Origin: an uncultured Brevundimonas sp.
Lineage (GTDB): Bacteria > Pseudomonadota > Alphaproteobacteria > Caulobacterales > Caulobacteraceae
Assembly: GCA_966210875.1 (NCBI GenBank)
Contig: CBIHLR010000001.1
Span: forward strand, 1-44,394
Direction: 5' to 3'
Length of the DNA stretch: 44,394 nucleotides
The number at the start of each line of letters is the position of its first letter. Position 1 is the first letter of the stretch. The translations under genes were made by a program, and so were the position numbers. The notes under the pieces were generated by a model, which saw only the letters and a program-made list of their open reading frames with translations, was not told the DNA's origin and did no database searches. Positions 23,539 to 32,736 of the stretch are shown here, piece after piece.

Positions 23539-23712
23539 ATGAAGTCGCCGGCTGAGCTTCGCGCCGACGCCGCCAAGTGCCGCCGCCTGGCAAGCGGTCT
23601 GACGGACGCCCGCACCAAGGCCTCGCTGCTCGAACTGGCGATCTCCTACGAGCTCGAAGCCGAGGAGAAGGAAAGCGGCCTGTCCGATCACGCCGAAGCG
23701 TCCGAAGCCTGA
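23539..23712 (+). CDS. small helical hypothetical protein (57 aa, not in ORF track)
   Basis: MKSPAELRADAAKCRRLASGLTDARTKASLLELAISYELEAEEKESGLSDHAEASEA*; host-like codon use; fits the intergenic gap. Confidence 0.7.
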   Translation: MKSPAELRADAAKCRRLASGLTDARTKASLLELAISYELEAEEKESGLSDHAEASEA

Positions 23713-23713
23713 C

Positions 23714-24058
23714 TCAAGCCAGCCCGAGCGCCGCGCGCTGCTTCTTCGGCAGCTTCGCCGCGATGATGCCGTGCGCGATGCGCAGGTGCTCGGCCAGTTC
23801 GTCGTCCGGCCAGGCGTCCGGCGTCTCCAACTGGACCCATTTGGCGCGCGCCATATAGGGCGCGGGCGCGGCGCGTCCGGATTCGGTCAGCACCTCGAAG
23901 GCGATGTCCGACACCTTGAAGGACAGGCTGCCCAGCCCCCCTACGACCGCGAACATCTTGCCGCCGACCTTGTAGGCGTCGTGGCCGGGATCCCACGGAT
24001 GGTCGAGCGTCGCACCCGGCAGCGCCAGGCAGACCGCCTTCACCCCCTCCCGGTCCAT
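23714..24058 (-). CDS. MmcQ/YjbR family DNA-binding protein
   Basis: LALPGA, YKVGGKMFA, PAPYMARAKWV, KLPKKQR. Confidence 0.88.
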   Translation of the reverse strand: MDREGVKAVCLALPGATLDHPWDPGHDAYKVGGKMFAVVGGLGSLSFKVSDIAFEVLTESGRAAPAPYMARAKWVQLETPDAWPDDELAEHLRIAHGIIAAKLPKKQRAALGLA

Positions 24059-24060
24059 GC

Positions 24061-24678
24061 TCAGGCGTCCGCTTCCAGGCCGGTCGGGCAGGTCACGCCC
24101 GTGCCGCCGATACCGCAGTAGCCGCCCGGATTCTTGGCCAGATAGGCCTGGTGATAGCCCTCGGCGAAATAGAAGGGCGGCGTCGGCGCGATCTCGGTTG
24201 TGATCCGGCCATAGCCCTTGGCGTCCAGGGCTTGCTGATAGGTGTCGCGCGAGGCCTCGGCGGCGCGGCGCTGGGCCTCGTCGGCATAGTAGACGGCCGA
24301 GCGGTACTGGGTCCCGACGTCGTTGCCCTGGCGGTTCCCCTGGGTTGGGTCGTGGTTCTCCCAGAACACCTTGAGCAGCTCGTCATAGGTGATCTCGGCC
24401 GGGTTGAAGACGACCTGCACCACCTCGGCGTGGTTCGTCTTGCCGCCGCAGACTTCCTGATAGGTCGGGTTCGGTGTCACCCCGCCGGCGTAGCCCGCCG
24501 CAGTCACCCAGACGCCCGGCAGCTTCCAGAACACCCGCTCCACGCCCCAGAAACAGCCCATGCCGAAGACGGCGGTCTCGAACCCCTCCGGGTGCGGGCC
24601 CTTCAGCGGGCGGCCGTTGACGAAGTGGACCTCGTCGGTGGCGATCGGATCGGGGCGGCCGGCGGGGGTGTCTGACAT
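24061..24678 (-). CDS. msrA: peptide-methionine (S)-S-oxide reductase
   Basis: [51 protein letters not shown]. Confidence 0.97.
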   Translation of the reverse strand: MSDTPAGRPDPIATDEVHFVNGRPLKGPHPEGFETAVFGMGCFWGVERVFWKLPGVWVTAAGYAGGVTPNPTYQEVCGGKTNHAEVVQVVFNPAEITYDELLKVFWENHDPTQGNRQGNDVGTQYRSAVYYADEAQRRAAEASRDTYQQALDAKGYGRITTEIAPTPPFYFAEGYHQAYLAKNPGGYCGIGGTGVTCPTGLEADA

Positions 24679-24801
24679 GGGGCGAACTCCTTCGGCGGCA
24701 ATATGGGATCGTCCGCGGCGCTTGCCCACCGGGCCCCATCGTTATATTCCCCCGCCTCCTGCCGCGACGGGCGCTTCGCCGCCCGCCCCGCGCGCTGGTA
24801 T

Positions 24802-24891
24802 GGACAGGTGGCCGAGTGGTTGAAGGCGCACGCCTGGAACGCGTGTATAGGTGAAAGCCTATCGAGGGTTCGAATCCCTCTCTGTCCGCCA
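24802..24891 (+). tRNA. tRNA-Ser (GGA)
   Basis: GGACAGGTGGCCGAGTGGTTGAAGGCGCACGCCTGGAACGCGTG...long variable arm...GGTTCGAATCCCTCTCTGTCCGCCA. Confidence 0.97.
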
Positions 24892-25044
24892 GCCAGTCAG
24901 AGAAGTCCGTCTCTACGGAGCCGGCGCGGCCGCAACAGGCGGCAATTGCCGGGTGATTGTGTCGCAAACCCCCGTTCCAGTCGGATTAGACCGCCGAAAT
25001 CTGCCCGGAAACAACTGGCAGGTGCGCGCCAGTCTCTGCTGAGT

Positions 25045-25278
25045 CCCTGTTTGGTCGAGTTTCACCCTGTTCCGAGGAGCTATCAGGGAAATCCCCTCTT
25101 TTTCGTGGGCCAAACCAGACCCCCGCTCGGTACTCTGATGCGGGCTCGTCCAGTAGATTCAGGCGTTTAGGTCGTCCTCCCTGCTCGGACCGAAGGTTAC
25201 GGAACAGGGAACAGCTCGAGGCCCTAACAGGGATCAATTTTCAGCCGAGCAGGGAATTTGCGCGGCAGGATCAGGGAT
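25045..25278. repeat. phased CAGGG(A) repeat array at the island end
   Basis: Direct CAGGG at 25084, 25205, 25228, 25250, 25272; inverted CCCTG at 25045, 25065, 25179. Confidence 0.7.
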
Positions 25279-26890
25279 GATTTTGCACGAAGCCGAGCAG
25301 CCGACGCTGCTCGCGCCAGCAGACTGGGAAGGGCTGGAGCAGCCGATCCAGCGTAAGGTTTGCCGGCTGCCGTCCTTCGAGGATGGACCGCTGAACATCC
25401 GGCCCCAAGAAGGCCAGCCGGCAGAGCTTCCGATCATAGGCGTTCTTCGGGGCCTCGATTTCCAGCGAGGCCAAGGATCCGTCGGCGGCCTTCCATCCCA
25501 TGGCGGATGCGATCCGATGCGCCTTGCGCAGCGCCCCGATCAGCACCGGATCACGACGACCCCTAGGCGGCGCCGCGCCCGCCGGCAGGATGACCGAGGC
25601 GCGGCCGCCACGGGTCTGACAGCGAACTGGCGTGACGATGACCCCTAGGCCATCTCCATGCGGAAGCAGCTTCTCCCTGGCGGCGCGGGGCAGACCCTCC
25701 AAGTTGACCTCAGTAGTCAGCTCGTCCGCCGCCAGCGTCACCCGCCGCACGGGCTCCAACAGCTGATGCAGTGGGACGCTGGGCTGGCGCCCCAAGAGCG
25801 ACATCAGCTGATCCCGCAGCGCCGCCTCGACAGCCTCAGCCTTAATGCGCCGAATGGCTCCGTCCTCGGACCGGAGCCGCCGTCCCTGTTGGAGCGGCGC
25901 CGAGACGTAGTAGCGATAGACCTTGCCGCCCCTCCCGTACCCGAAGGTCGGGCTCATAGGGTGCCCGTCCGCGTCGTACAGCAGCCCCTTGAGGATGAGC
26001 TCAGCGGAGCGAAGCGGGCGCTCTGTTCGTGTGACGCGGTTGTGGGCGAGCAGCTTCTGGACCTGTTCAAACACCTCTGGATCCACGACGGCCGGATGGA
26101 CGCCCGGGAAGGACTTGTCGCCGTGTGTGATCTCTCCGAGGTAGGTCCGGTTGCGCAGCAGATGAAACAGCGCCCCGCGCGCCAGGGGGCAGCCGCCGCG
26201 GCGGTTGCCGCCTGAGGTCACCCAGCTCTTGGAGCATACGCCCTCCTCCTTTAGCTGCGCCTCGAGCGCGGAGACTGAGCGGAGTTGGAGGTAGCGATCG
26301 AAGATGAGCCGAACCTGCTCGGCCTCAGACTGGTTGACCACGAGCGCGCGGGTCTGCGGGTCCACCGGCAGATCGTACCCAAGCGGCGGGACGCCGCCCA
26401 TCCACATCCCCTTGGCCTTGGAGGCTGCGATCTTGTCACGGATTCGCTCGCCGGTGACCTCTCGCTCGAACTGGGCGAACGACAAAAGCACGTTCAGGGT
26501 CAGGCGACCCATGGATGTGGTCGTGTTGAAGGCCTGGGTGACGCTGACGAATGACGCGCCTCGCTTTTCGAGCCGCTCGACGATCTTGGCGAAGTCGGCG
26601 AGTGACCGGGTCAGGCGGTCGATCTTGTAGACAACGATGGTGTCGACGCGGCCGGCGTCCACGTCATCCAGCAGCCGCTTCAGCGCTGGGCGTTCCATGT
26701 TGCCGCCCGAAAAGCCGCCGTCATCGTAAGGGGTCGGGAGCACCCGCCAGCCTTCGCTCTTCTGGCTCCTGGCGTAGGCCTCGCAGGCCTCGCGCTGCGC
26801 CTGCAGACTGTTGAAGGCCTGATCGAGCCCTTCCTCGGTGCTCTTGCGCGTGTAGATGGCGCAGCGGATGAGCCGCTTTGGCTCGGTCAC
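25271..26890 (-). CDS. large serine recombinase (resolvase + recombinase domains)
   Basis: GTG start overlapping the DUF2924 stop. RCAIYTRKS (catalytic Ser), YDDGGFSGGNMERPAL, VYKIDRLTRS, FAQFERE, GMWMGGVPPLGY. Confidence 0.93.
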   Translation of the reverse strand: MTEPKRLIRCAIYTRKSTEEGLDQAFNSLQAQREACEAYARSQKSEGWRVLPTPYDDGGFSGGNMERPALKRLLDDVDAGRVDTIVVYKIDRLTRSLADFAKIVERLEKRGASFVSVTQAFNTTTSMGRLTLNVLLSFAQFEREVTGERIRDKIAASKAKGMWMGGVPPLGYDLPVDPQTRALVVNQSEAEQVRLIFDRYLQLRSVSALEAQLKEEGVCSKSWVTSGGNRRGGCPLARGALFHLLRNRTYLGEITHGDKSFPGVHPAVVDPEVFEQVQKLLAHNRVTRTERPLRSAELILKGLLYDADGHPMSPTFGYGRGGKVYRYYVSAPLQQGRRLRSEDGAIRRIKAEAVEAALRDQLMSLLGRQPSVPLHQLLEPVRRVTLAADELTTEVNLEGLPRAAREKLLPHGDGLGVIVTPVRCQTRGGRASVILPAGAAPPRGRRDPVLIGALRKAHRIASAMGWKAADGSLASLEIEAPKNAYDRKLCRLAFLGPDVQRSILEGRQPANLTLDRLLQPFPVCWREQRRLLGFVQNHP

Positions 26891-27297
26891 TTCGCAGCCT
26901 CCTCGCGCAGCCCGAAGAAGCGTGGACCATTCCAACGGCTGCCCGTGATCCTGCGCGCCACCTCAGACAAGCTTCGACAAGCCTCCCCCTCGTGGAGGAA
27001 GCGCCCCGCATCGGTCACCGTGACGTCGTGGGTCACACCCTGCCAGTCGCGTCTCAGCTTGGTGCCGGGCGTCAGACCTGGCAGCGGCGGTCGGCAGGAC
27101 GAGCGCCTGAGCGCGCGCCGGACCTCGACCTCGACGCCCCCTTCCCGCTCCGCCTGCATCCGGTAGCCGAGCATCAACGCTAGAAGCTCGGGCGACCTCA
27201 GGCTGGGCGGCGGGCCGTAGCGGCTCCGCCAGACCGATCGGAGCCCCTCAAGATCGAGTTCCGCCAGCGCCAGCGGATCCTGGCTCACGTCTCTCAT
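26887..27297 (-). CDS. DUF2924 domain protein
   Basis: LRSVWRSRYG, YRMQAEREGG, PGTKLRRDWQG, SLSEVARRITGSRWNGPRFFGL. Confidence 0.88.
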   Translation of the reverse strand: MRDVSQDPLALAELDLEGLRSVWRSRYGPPPSLRSPELLALMLGYRMQAEREGGVEVEVRRALRRSSCRPPLPGLTPGTKLRRDWQGVTHDVTVTDAGRFLHEGEACRSLSEVARRITGSRWNGPRFFGLREEAAK

Positions 27298-27454
27298 GGA
27301 TCGCCTCTCCTGCGCGGCGACGGCCGCACTGAAGCGAGCCCGGGCTGGGCCGGGCGCAGTCAGACCAGTGCTCGGTTCGGGGACAAAAGCCAGTCCCTGT
27401 GGATGGGACGAACGCGGGTATTGAAGCCCTACCCGTTCCCCCTATGTTCTCCAG

Positions 27455-28783
27455 ATGGACGGATCCCAACTGAATCGCCTCGCGATCGAACAGCGCGCTC
27501 CTTCGGAGCTTCGGCCCTACGCCCGTAACGCCCGAACTCATTCCCGAAAACAGGTGCGGCAGATCGCCGACAGCATCGAGCGGTTTGGCTTCACCAATCC
27601 GGTCCTTGTCAGCGATGACAGCGAGATCATCGCTGGCCACGGCAGGGTGGAGGCGGCCAAGCTCCTTGGCCTGAAGGCGGTTCCCACGCTGCGGCTATCG
27701 CATCTCTCCGCCGACGAGCGTCGGGCCTATGTCCTGGCCGACAACAAGCTCGCTCTAAACGCGGGCTGGGATCAGGACATCCTGGCGATCGAACTTCAGG
27801 CCCTGATTGACCTGGACTTCGACGTCACCCTCACAGGCTTTTCCCTGGCCGAGGTGGACCTGACGCTGGACGCAGCCCGCGAGCGCGACCCCGACGCGCC
27901 AGCCGCAGTCGAAGACGAGATCCCGGCGATCGCACCAGATGCAGTGACCCGCTTCGGAGATGTCTGGATCCTGGGCCGGCACCGGCTGATCTGCGGCGAC
28001 GCACGAGAGCCGGAGCACTACGCCAGGCTGATGGCGGGCGAGAAGGCGGACCTCATCTTCACCGACCCGCCCTACAATGTGCCGATCGATGGCCACGTCT
28101 GCGGCTCAGGCCGTATCCGGCATCGCGAGTTCGCCATGGGCGTCGGCGAAATGAGCGAAGCTGCCTTCACGAGATTCCTGAAAGACGCGCTTCGCCCCAT
28201 GGCCAGCGCCTGTCGCGACGGCGCCATCGCCTTCGTGTGCATGGACTGGCGTCATACGGCCGAGGTGATGGCCGCGGGCTCGGAGGTGTTCAGCGAGCTG
28301 AAGAACCTCTGCGTCTGGAACAAGACCAACGGCGGCATGGGGACCTTCTATCGGTCCAAGCACGAGCTGGTGTTCGTCTACAAGGTCGGCTCCGCACCCC
28401 ACACCAACACGTTCGGCTTGGGCGACACCGGCCGGTACCGCACCAACGTCTGGGACTATCCGGGCATCAGCAGCATGGGCTCGGCGCGCACCGAGGCGCT
28501 CGAGATGCACCCCACCGTCAAGCCCACCGCCATGGTCGCGGACGCCATCCGGGACTGCACCCGGCGTGGCGCGATCGTGCTCGACGGGTTCGGCGGCTCG
28601 GGCACGACCCTGATCGCGGCTGAGACCTGCGGGCGCTCCGCCCGGCTGATCGAGTTCGACCCGCACTACTGCGACGTGATCATCCGCCGCTACCAGAAGC
28701 TGACGGGCAAGCCGGCGCTGCTGGCGGAGGGCGGCGCCCGCTTCGATGACGTGGCAGAGCAGCGGAAGGAGAGCCGGGATTGA
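27455..28783 (+). CDS. ParB/Srx-fused N4/N6 DNA methyltransferase (beta class, phage-type)
   Basis: N-terminal NARTHS...FGFTNPVL...IIAGHGR...ADNKLA; catalytic DPPY; HPTVKP; SAM motif LDGFGGSGTT. Confidence 0.92.
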   Translation: MDGSQLNRLAIEQRAPSELRPYARNARTHSRKQVRQIADSIERFGFTNPVLVSDDSEIIAGHGRVEAAKLLGLKAVPTLRLSHLSADERRAYVLADNKLALNAGWDQDILAIELQALIDLDFDVTLTGFSLAEVDLTLDAARERDPDAPAAVEDEIPAIAPDAVTRFGDVWILGRHRLICGDAREPEHYARLMAGEKADLIFTDPPYNVPIDGHVCGSGRIRHREFAMGVGEMSEAAFTRFLKDALRPMASACRDGAIAFVCMDWRHTAEVMAAGSEVFSELKNLCVWNKTNGGMGTFYRSKHELVFVYKVGSAPHTNTFGLGDTGRYRTNVWDYPGISSMGSARTEALEMHPTVKPTAMVADAIRDCTRRGAIVLDGFGGSGTTLIAAETCGRSARLIEFDPHYCDVIIRRYQKLTGKPALLAEGGARFDDVAEQRKESRD

Positions 28784-29583
28784 GCGACGCAGCCAGGAAG
28801 TCTCCGGCCGGCACGGCGGTCGTCGGGTATCGTCAGCCCCCGGTCGAGCATCGCTTCCAGAAGGGCAAGTCCGGCAATCCACGGGGTCGGCCGCCGAAAA
28901 AGAAGACTCAGGCTGAGCGCAAAGTGGATCCGGTCCTCAGTCACCACTTGGGTGACCTGGTGCTGGCCGAAGCGATCCGACCCATCCAAATCCGCGAGAA
29001 CGACGAGATCATCGAACTGCCGCTCATCCAGGCTGTGATCCGCAGCCTGGGTGTGGCCGCTCTAAAGGGCAGCCATCGCGCACAGATCGCCATCACCAGC
29101 ATGGTCAAGGCCGTTCAGGACAAGATCCTGGATGACCGTGGGGTGCTGTTCAAAGCCGCGATCGCTTACAAGGACAGCTGGGAGGAAGTGTTCGAGGCCT
29201 GCGATCGCCGCGGCGAGCCGCGACCCGAGCCTGTACCCCACCCTCACGAGGTCCTCCTGGACAGCCGGACCCTCCAGGTCCGCTTCAATGGCCCGGAAAC
29301 GCCGGACGACAAGAAGGTGTGGGATGACTTTCTGGCGCAGCGTAAGGCGGCTCTGGCCGAGGCCGACGAACTTAGACGTCGCCTTCGTAGGCCCTCCAGG
29401 TATTCGAGCCTTTTGCAGGATGATCTTGAAAGGTGTGAACGTCTCGCCGACATGATCGGCTCGGTGATCCCCGACGAGGAGACCCGGCGACGACCGGGGT
29501 TCGAAATCCACGAGTGGCGAGAGAGGCAGGACGCGATGCGCAAGCTACGGGAAAGCGCCCGCCAAGGCCGCGCGAACGACTAG
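28780..29583 (+). CDS. DUF5681 domain protein
   Basis: VGYRQPPVEHRFQKGKSGNPRGRP; TTGA overlap with the MTase stop. Confidence 0.8.
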   Translation: MSDAARKSPAGTAVVGYRQPPVEHRFQKGKSGNPRGRPPKKKTQAERKVDPVLSHHLGDLVLAEAIRPIQIRENDEIIELPLIQAVIRSLGVAALKGSHRAQIAITSMVKAVQDKILDDRGVLFKAAIAYKDSWEEVFEACDRRGEPRPEPVPHPHEVLLDSRTLQVRFNGPETPDDKKVWDDFLAQRKAALAEADELRRRLRRPSRYSSLLQDDLERCERLADMIGSVIPDEETRRRPGFEIHEWRERQDAMRKLRESARQGRAND

Positions 29584-29591
29584 AGCTGAAG

Positions 29592-29649
29592 TACCGCTTC
29601 TGACTCATTTCAGACCTTACCAGGGTCCGCTCTGCGCCCTCAGTCTGAC
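29592..29649. repeat. two junction palindromes (GTCCGC-type)
   Basis: TACCGC-TTC-TGACTC-ATT-TCAGAC (29592) and GTCCGC-TCTGCGCCCTCAG-TCTGAC (29625). The second contains the merR stop codon. Confidence 0.6.
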
Positions 29650-30047
29650 GTAAGCGCCTCCAGAACCGGGCATTCCGGTACTTCCCCGCCCGAGCATTTC
29701 GCGGCGGCGTTGGCGAGGATCCGTTCCATCCGCCGCAGATCGGCAATCTTGGCGCGCACATCCTCCAGCTGCACTTCGGTCTTGTGTTTGACCTCGGCAC
29801 AGGTCTGGGTCCCGGTGTCTGTCAGCGCCAGCAGCGAGCGGGTCTCCTCCATCGAGAAGCCGATATCCCGCGCACGCAGGATGAACCGTAACCGCTGCGT
29901 CAGGTCTGGCGAATAGACCCGGTAACCGTTGGCCGAACGAGGCGGCGGGGGCAGCAGTCCGACCTTCTCGTAATAGCGGATGGTTTCGAGGTTGCACCCG
30001 GTCAGCTTCGCCAATTGGGCCCGCAACAAGCCCGTCTGAAGCACCAT
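29640..30047 (-). CDS. merR: Hg(II)-responsive MerR family regulator
   Basis: ETIRYYEKVGLL HTH; three Hg-binding Cys (TCAEV, KCSGGEVPECP); divergent from merT. Confidence 0.88.
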   Translation of the reverse strand: MVLQTGLLRAQLAKLTGCNLETIRYYEKVGLLPPPPRSANGYRVYSPDLTQRLRFILRARDIGFSMEETRSLLALTDTGTQTCAEVKHKTEVQLEDVRAKIADLRRMERILANAAAKCSGGEVPECPVLEALTSD

Positions 30048-30058
30048 GAAAAAAGCCC

Positions 30059-30089
30059 TTGTGTCTGTAGCAACTACAGGGACTACGCT
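30059..30089 (+). promoter_or_regulatory. MerR-controlled promoter/operator
   Basis: TTGTGT-19 bp-TACGCT with the perfect dyad CTGTAG-caa-CTACAG (30065-30079) in the spacer. Confidence 0.88.
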
Positions 30090-30124
30090 GAAATCAGTCA
30101 GAAAGAAATCGAGAGAACTTATCG

Positions 30125-30535
30125 ATGTTTTCAGCACCGGAGCCGGAGCCACCGGCATCAACGCCGGACGAGGGCGCGAAGCAGGGCCGATGGATCGCGG
30201 GCGGCGCGCTGATCGGCGCGGTGCTGGCGTCGGCCTGCTGCATCGTTCCGCTGGTGCTGGTCATGCTTGGCATTTCAGGGGCGTGGATCGCCAACCTGAC
30301 GGCGCTTGAGCCGTACAAACCCTATGTCGCCGCCGTCACCCTGGCCCTGCTCGGCTACGGGTTCTGGCACGTCTATTTCAAGCCGAAGCCGCCCTGCGAG
30401 GACGGGACCTACTGCGCTCGCCCGCAATCGGCGCGGACCACGAAACTGGCCCTTTGGTTCGGGTTGGCCGTCGTCATCATCGCGCTCACCCTCAACTGGT
30501 GGGCTCCCTATTTTACTGAGAGGAAAGACCCATGA
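30125..30535 (+). CDS. merT: mercuric transport protein MerT
   Basis: ASACCIVPLVL, GISGAWIANLTALEPY, cytoplasmic loop CEDGTYC. Confidence 0.9.
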   Translation: MFSAPEPEPPASTPDEGAKQGRWIAGGALIGAVLASACCIVPLVLVMLGISGAWIANLTALEPYKPYVAAVTLALLGYGFWHVYFKPKPPCEDGTYCARPQSARTTKLALWFGLAVVIIALTLNWWAPYFTERKDP

Positions 30536-30861
30536 AAAAGACATTTCTGATCGGCCTGGCCGTTGTGGCCGTGGCTGGCGTCGGTGCCGCCGTCGCGTTT
30601 GATGGACCGGCACAGAACCGTCCGGCGGCGACCGCCGCTGCCCAGCAGCAGACGACTTTCGCCATTGAGCACATGACCTGCGCCACCTGCCCGATCACGG
30701 TGCGCAGGGCGATGGAGAGCGTGCCGGGCGTCAACTCGGTCGAAGTGGACTTCGCCGCAAAGACGGCCCGCGCCACCTACGACCCGGCGCGCGCCACGGC
30801 CGCGCAGATCGCGGCCGCCTCGACCAATGCCGGCTATCCCGCCCGCGTCGTACAAAACTAG
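30532..30861 (+). CDS. merP: periplasmic mercury-binding protein MerP
   Basis: Signal peptide; HMA motif MTCATCPITV; TNAGYP. Confidence 0.88.
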   Translation: MKKTFLIGLAVVAVAGVGAAVAFDGPAQNRPAATAAAQQQTTFAIEHMTCATCPITVRRAMESVPGVNSVEVDFAAKTARATYDPARATAAQIAAASTNAGYPARVVQN

Positions 30862-31014
30862 GCCCCGCAGGCAACAAGACGGCCTTCATCGGCGCCAGAG
30901 CTCCCGCCCCCCCGCATGGGGGTGGGACCAGGCCACCAACGCAATGCATCGCGTGCATCCCGGCCTCGGGCTGCAGCCGGGGAAGGCTGCGCGTCTTCAG
31001 GATCAAACGGCGTT

Positions 31015-31248
31015 ATGGCTGACAAGGCTGACAAGACGGACGGGACCGACAGCCTGCTGCTGCGGATGGGGGTGATCGGCACCGTCATTGTGGCGCTGTG
31101 CTGCTTTGCTCCGGTGCTGGTGGTGCTGCTGGGCGTCGTCGGGCTTTCTGCGCTGACGGCCTGGCTCGATGTTGTGCTGCTGGCCGTGTTCGCCGCGTTG
31201 ACGGTCTATGCCGTCTGGCGGCGTCGGCGGCGGATGAAGACCACCTGA
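31015..31248 (+). CDS. merF: mercury transporter MerF
   Basis: LLRMGVIGTVIVALCCFAPVLVVLLGVVGLSALTAWLDVVL; two TM segments; basic C-terminus. Confidence 0.85.
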   Translation: MADKADKTDGTDSLLLRMGVIGTVIVALCCFAPVLVVLLGVVGLSALTAWLDVVLLAVFAALTVYAVWRRRRRMKTT

Positions 31249-31313
31249 TCGACGGCCCACCGGACAGCGCCGATCGTCAGAGGCTGCAGGCCCCCGAAAT
31301 GGAGAAGACTGAC

Positions 31314-32669
31314 ATGACCGACACATATGACTACGACCTGATCGTGATCGGGGCCGGGACCGGCGGCAACGGCGTCGCCCGGATGACGGCGGCGGCGGGG
31401 TGGAAAGTCGCCAGCATCGACAGCCTGCCCTACGGCGGCACCTGTGCGCTGCGGGGCTGTGATCCCAAGAAAATGCTGATTGCCGTCACCGAAGGCGTGG
31501 ACTGGGCCCACACCATGGCCGGCAAGGGCCTGGAGGCGCGGCCCTCGGTCAACTGGCCCGAGATGATGGCGTTCAAGCGCACCTTCACCGACGCCATGCC
31601 GTCGCGCATCGAAGCGGGCTTCCGCAAGGCCGGAATCACCCCGCTGCATGGCGAAGCACGCTTCATCGGGCGCGATACGATCACGCTAAACGGCGAGACC
31701 CTGCGCGCGAAGCATTTCCACATCGCCACCGGCGCACGGCCGATGACGCTGAACATTCCCGGCGAGGACCTGCTGACGACCAGCACGGAATTTCTGGAGT
31801 TGTCCGAGCGCCCCGACAGGATCGTCTTTGTCGGCGGGGGGTTCATCGCCATGGAGTTCGCCCATATCGCCCAACGCGCCGGAGCCAGCGCCGTCACGGT
31901 TCTGGAAATGGCCGGGCGGCCGCTCGGGCCCTTCGACGCCGATCTGGTGGCGATGCTGGTGGAGGCCTCGACCGAACTGGGCATCGACGTGCAGACCGAG
32001 GCGAAAGTCCTCAAGGTCGAGAAGCAGGGCGACGAATTCGCCGTGTCCTATGAAACGCCGTCCGGCATCCAGGTGCTGACCTGCGATCTGGTGGTCCATG
32101 CGACCGGTCGCGTGCCCAATATCGACCATCTGAACCTGCCGGCTGCAGGGGTGGACGCCGGGAAGCGCGGAATCAAGGTCGACGCCGCCATGCGTACCAC
32201 CAATCCCGCCATTTTCGCCGCCGGGGATTGTGCCGACAGCGGGCTGAACCTGACCCCGGTCTCGGCCTATGAAGGGCGGATCGCGGGCAAGAACCTTCTG
32301 GCCGGGAAGGACGCACGGCTCGTGTCCTATCCGCCGATACCCAGCGTGGTCTTCACCCTGCCGCCGGTCGCGACCGTGGGGCTGTCCGAGACGGCGGCGA
32401 CGGAAAAGGGTCTGGAGTTCGATACGCATTTCGAGAAGACCTCCGGCTGGTATTCGTCGATGCGGGTCGGGGCGACCACGAGCGGATTCAAGGTGCTGGT
32501 GGAACAGAAAACCGGCTTGATCCTCGGCGCGCATCTGATCGGGCCGGGGGCCGAGGAACAGATCAATCTGTTCGCCATGGCCATGGGCGCGGGGCTCACC
32601 GCCAACCAGATCAAGGCCATGATTTTTGCCTACCCCAGCTTCGCCTCGGACATCGGATCGATGGTCTGA
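31314..32669 (+). CDS. pyridine nucleotide-disulfide oxidoreductase (glutathione-reductase-like), not MerA
   Basis: IGAGTGG FAD motif, GGTCALRGCDPKK redox pair, VGGGFIAMEF; ends FAYPSFASDIGSMV with no terminal Cys-Cys. Confidence 0.85.
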   Translation: MTDTYDYDLIVIGAGTGGNGVARMTAAAGWKVASIDSLPYGGTCALRGCDPKKMLIAVTEGVDWAHTMAGKGLEARPSVNWPEMMAFKRTFTDAMPSRIEAGFRKAGITPLHGEARFIGRDTITLNGETLRAKHFHIATGARPMTLNIPGEDLLTTSTEFLELSERPDRIVFVGGGFIAMEFAHIAQRAGASAVTVLEMAGRPLGPFDADLVAMLVEASTELGIDVQTEAKVLKVEKQGDEFAVSYETPSGIQVLTCDLVVHATGRVPNIDHLNLPAAGVDAGKRGIKVDAAMRTTNPAIFAAGDCADSGLNLTPVSAYEGRIAGKNLLAGKDARLVSYPPIPSVVFTLPPVATVGLSETAATEKGLEFDTHFEKTSGWYSSMRVGATTSGFKVLVEQKTGLILGAHLIGPGAEEQINLFAMAMGAGLTANQIKAMIFAYPSFASDIGSMV

Positions 32670-32736
32670 GGCCACTCACGCGCGCGTCGGCTGAACCCAT
32701 GACACTACTGGCCCACCCAACAGAACGGACTGCACG

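Noticed and set aside
27455-28783. Restriction-modification system
   Set aside because: There is no adjacent endonuclease; the ParB-fused orphan MTase is typical of mobile-element backbones.
31314-32669. A second merA copy
   Set aside because: It lacks the C-terminal Cys-Cys and the CVNVGC motif of MerA.
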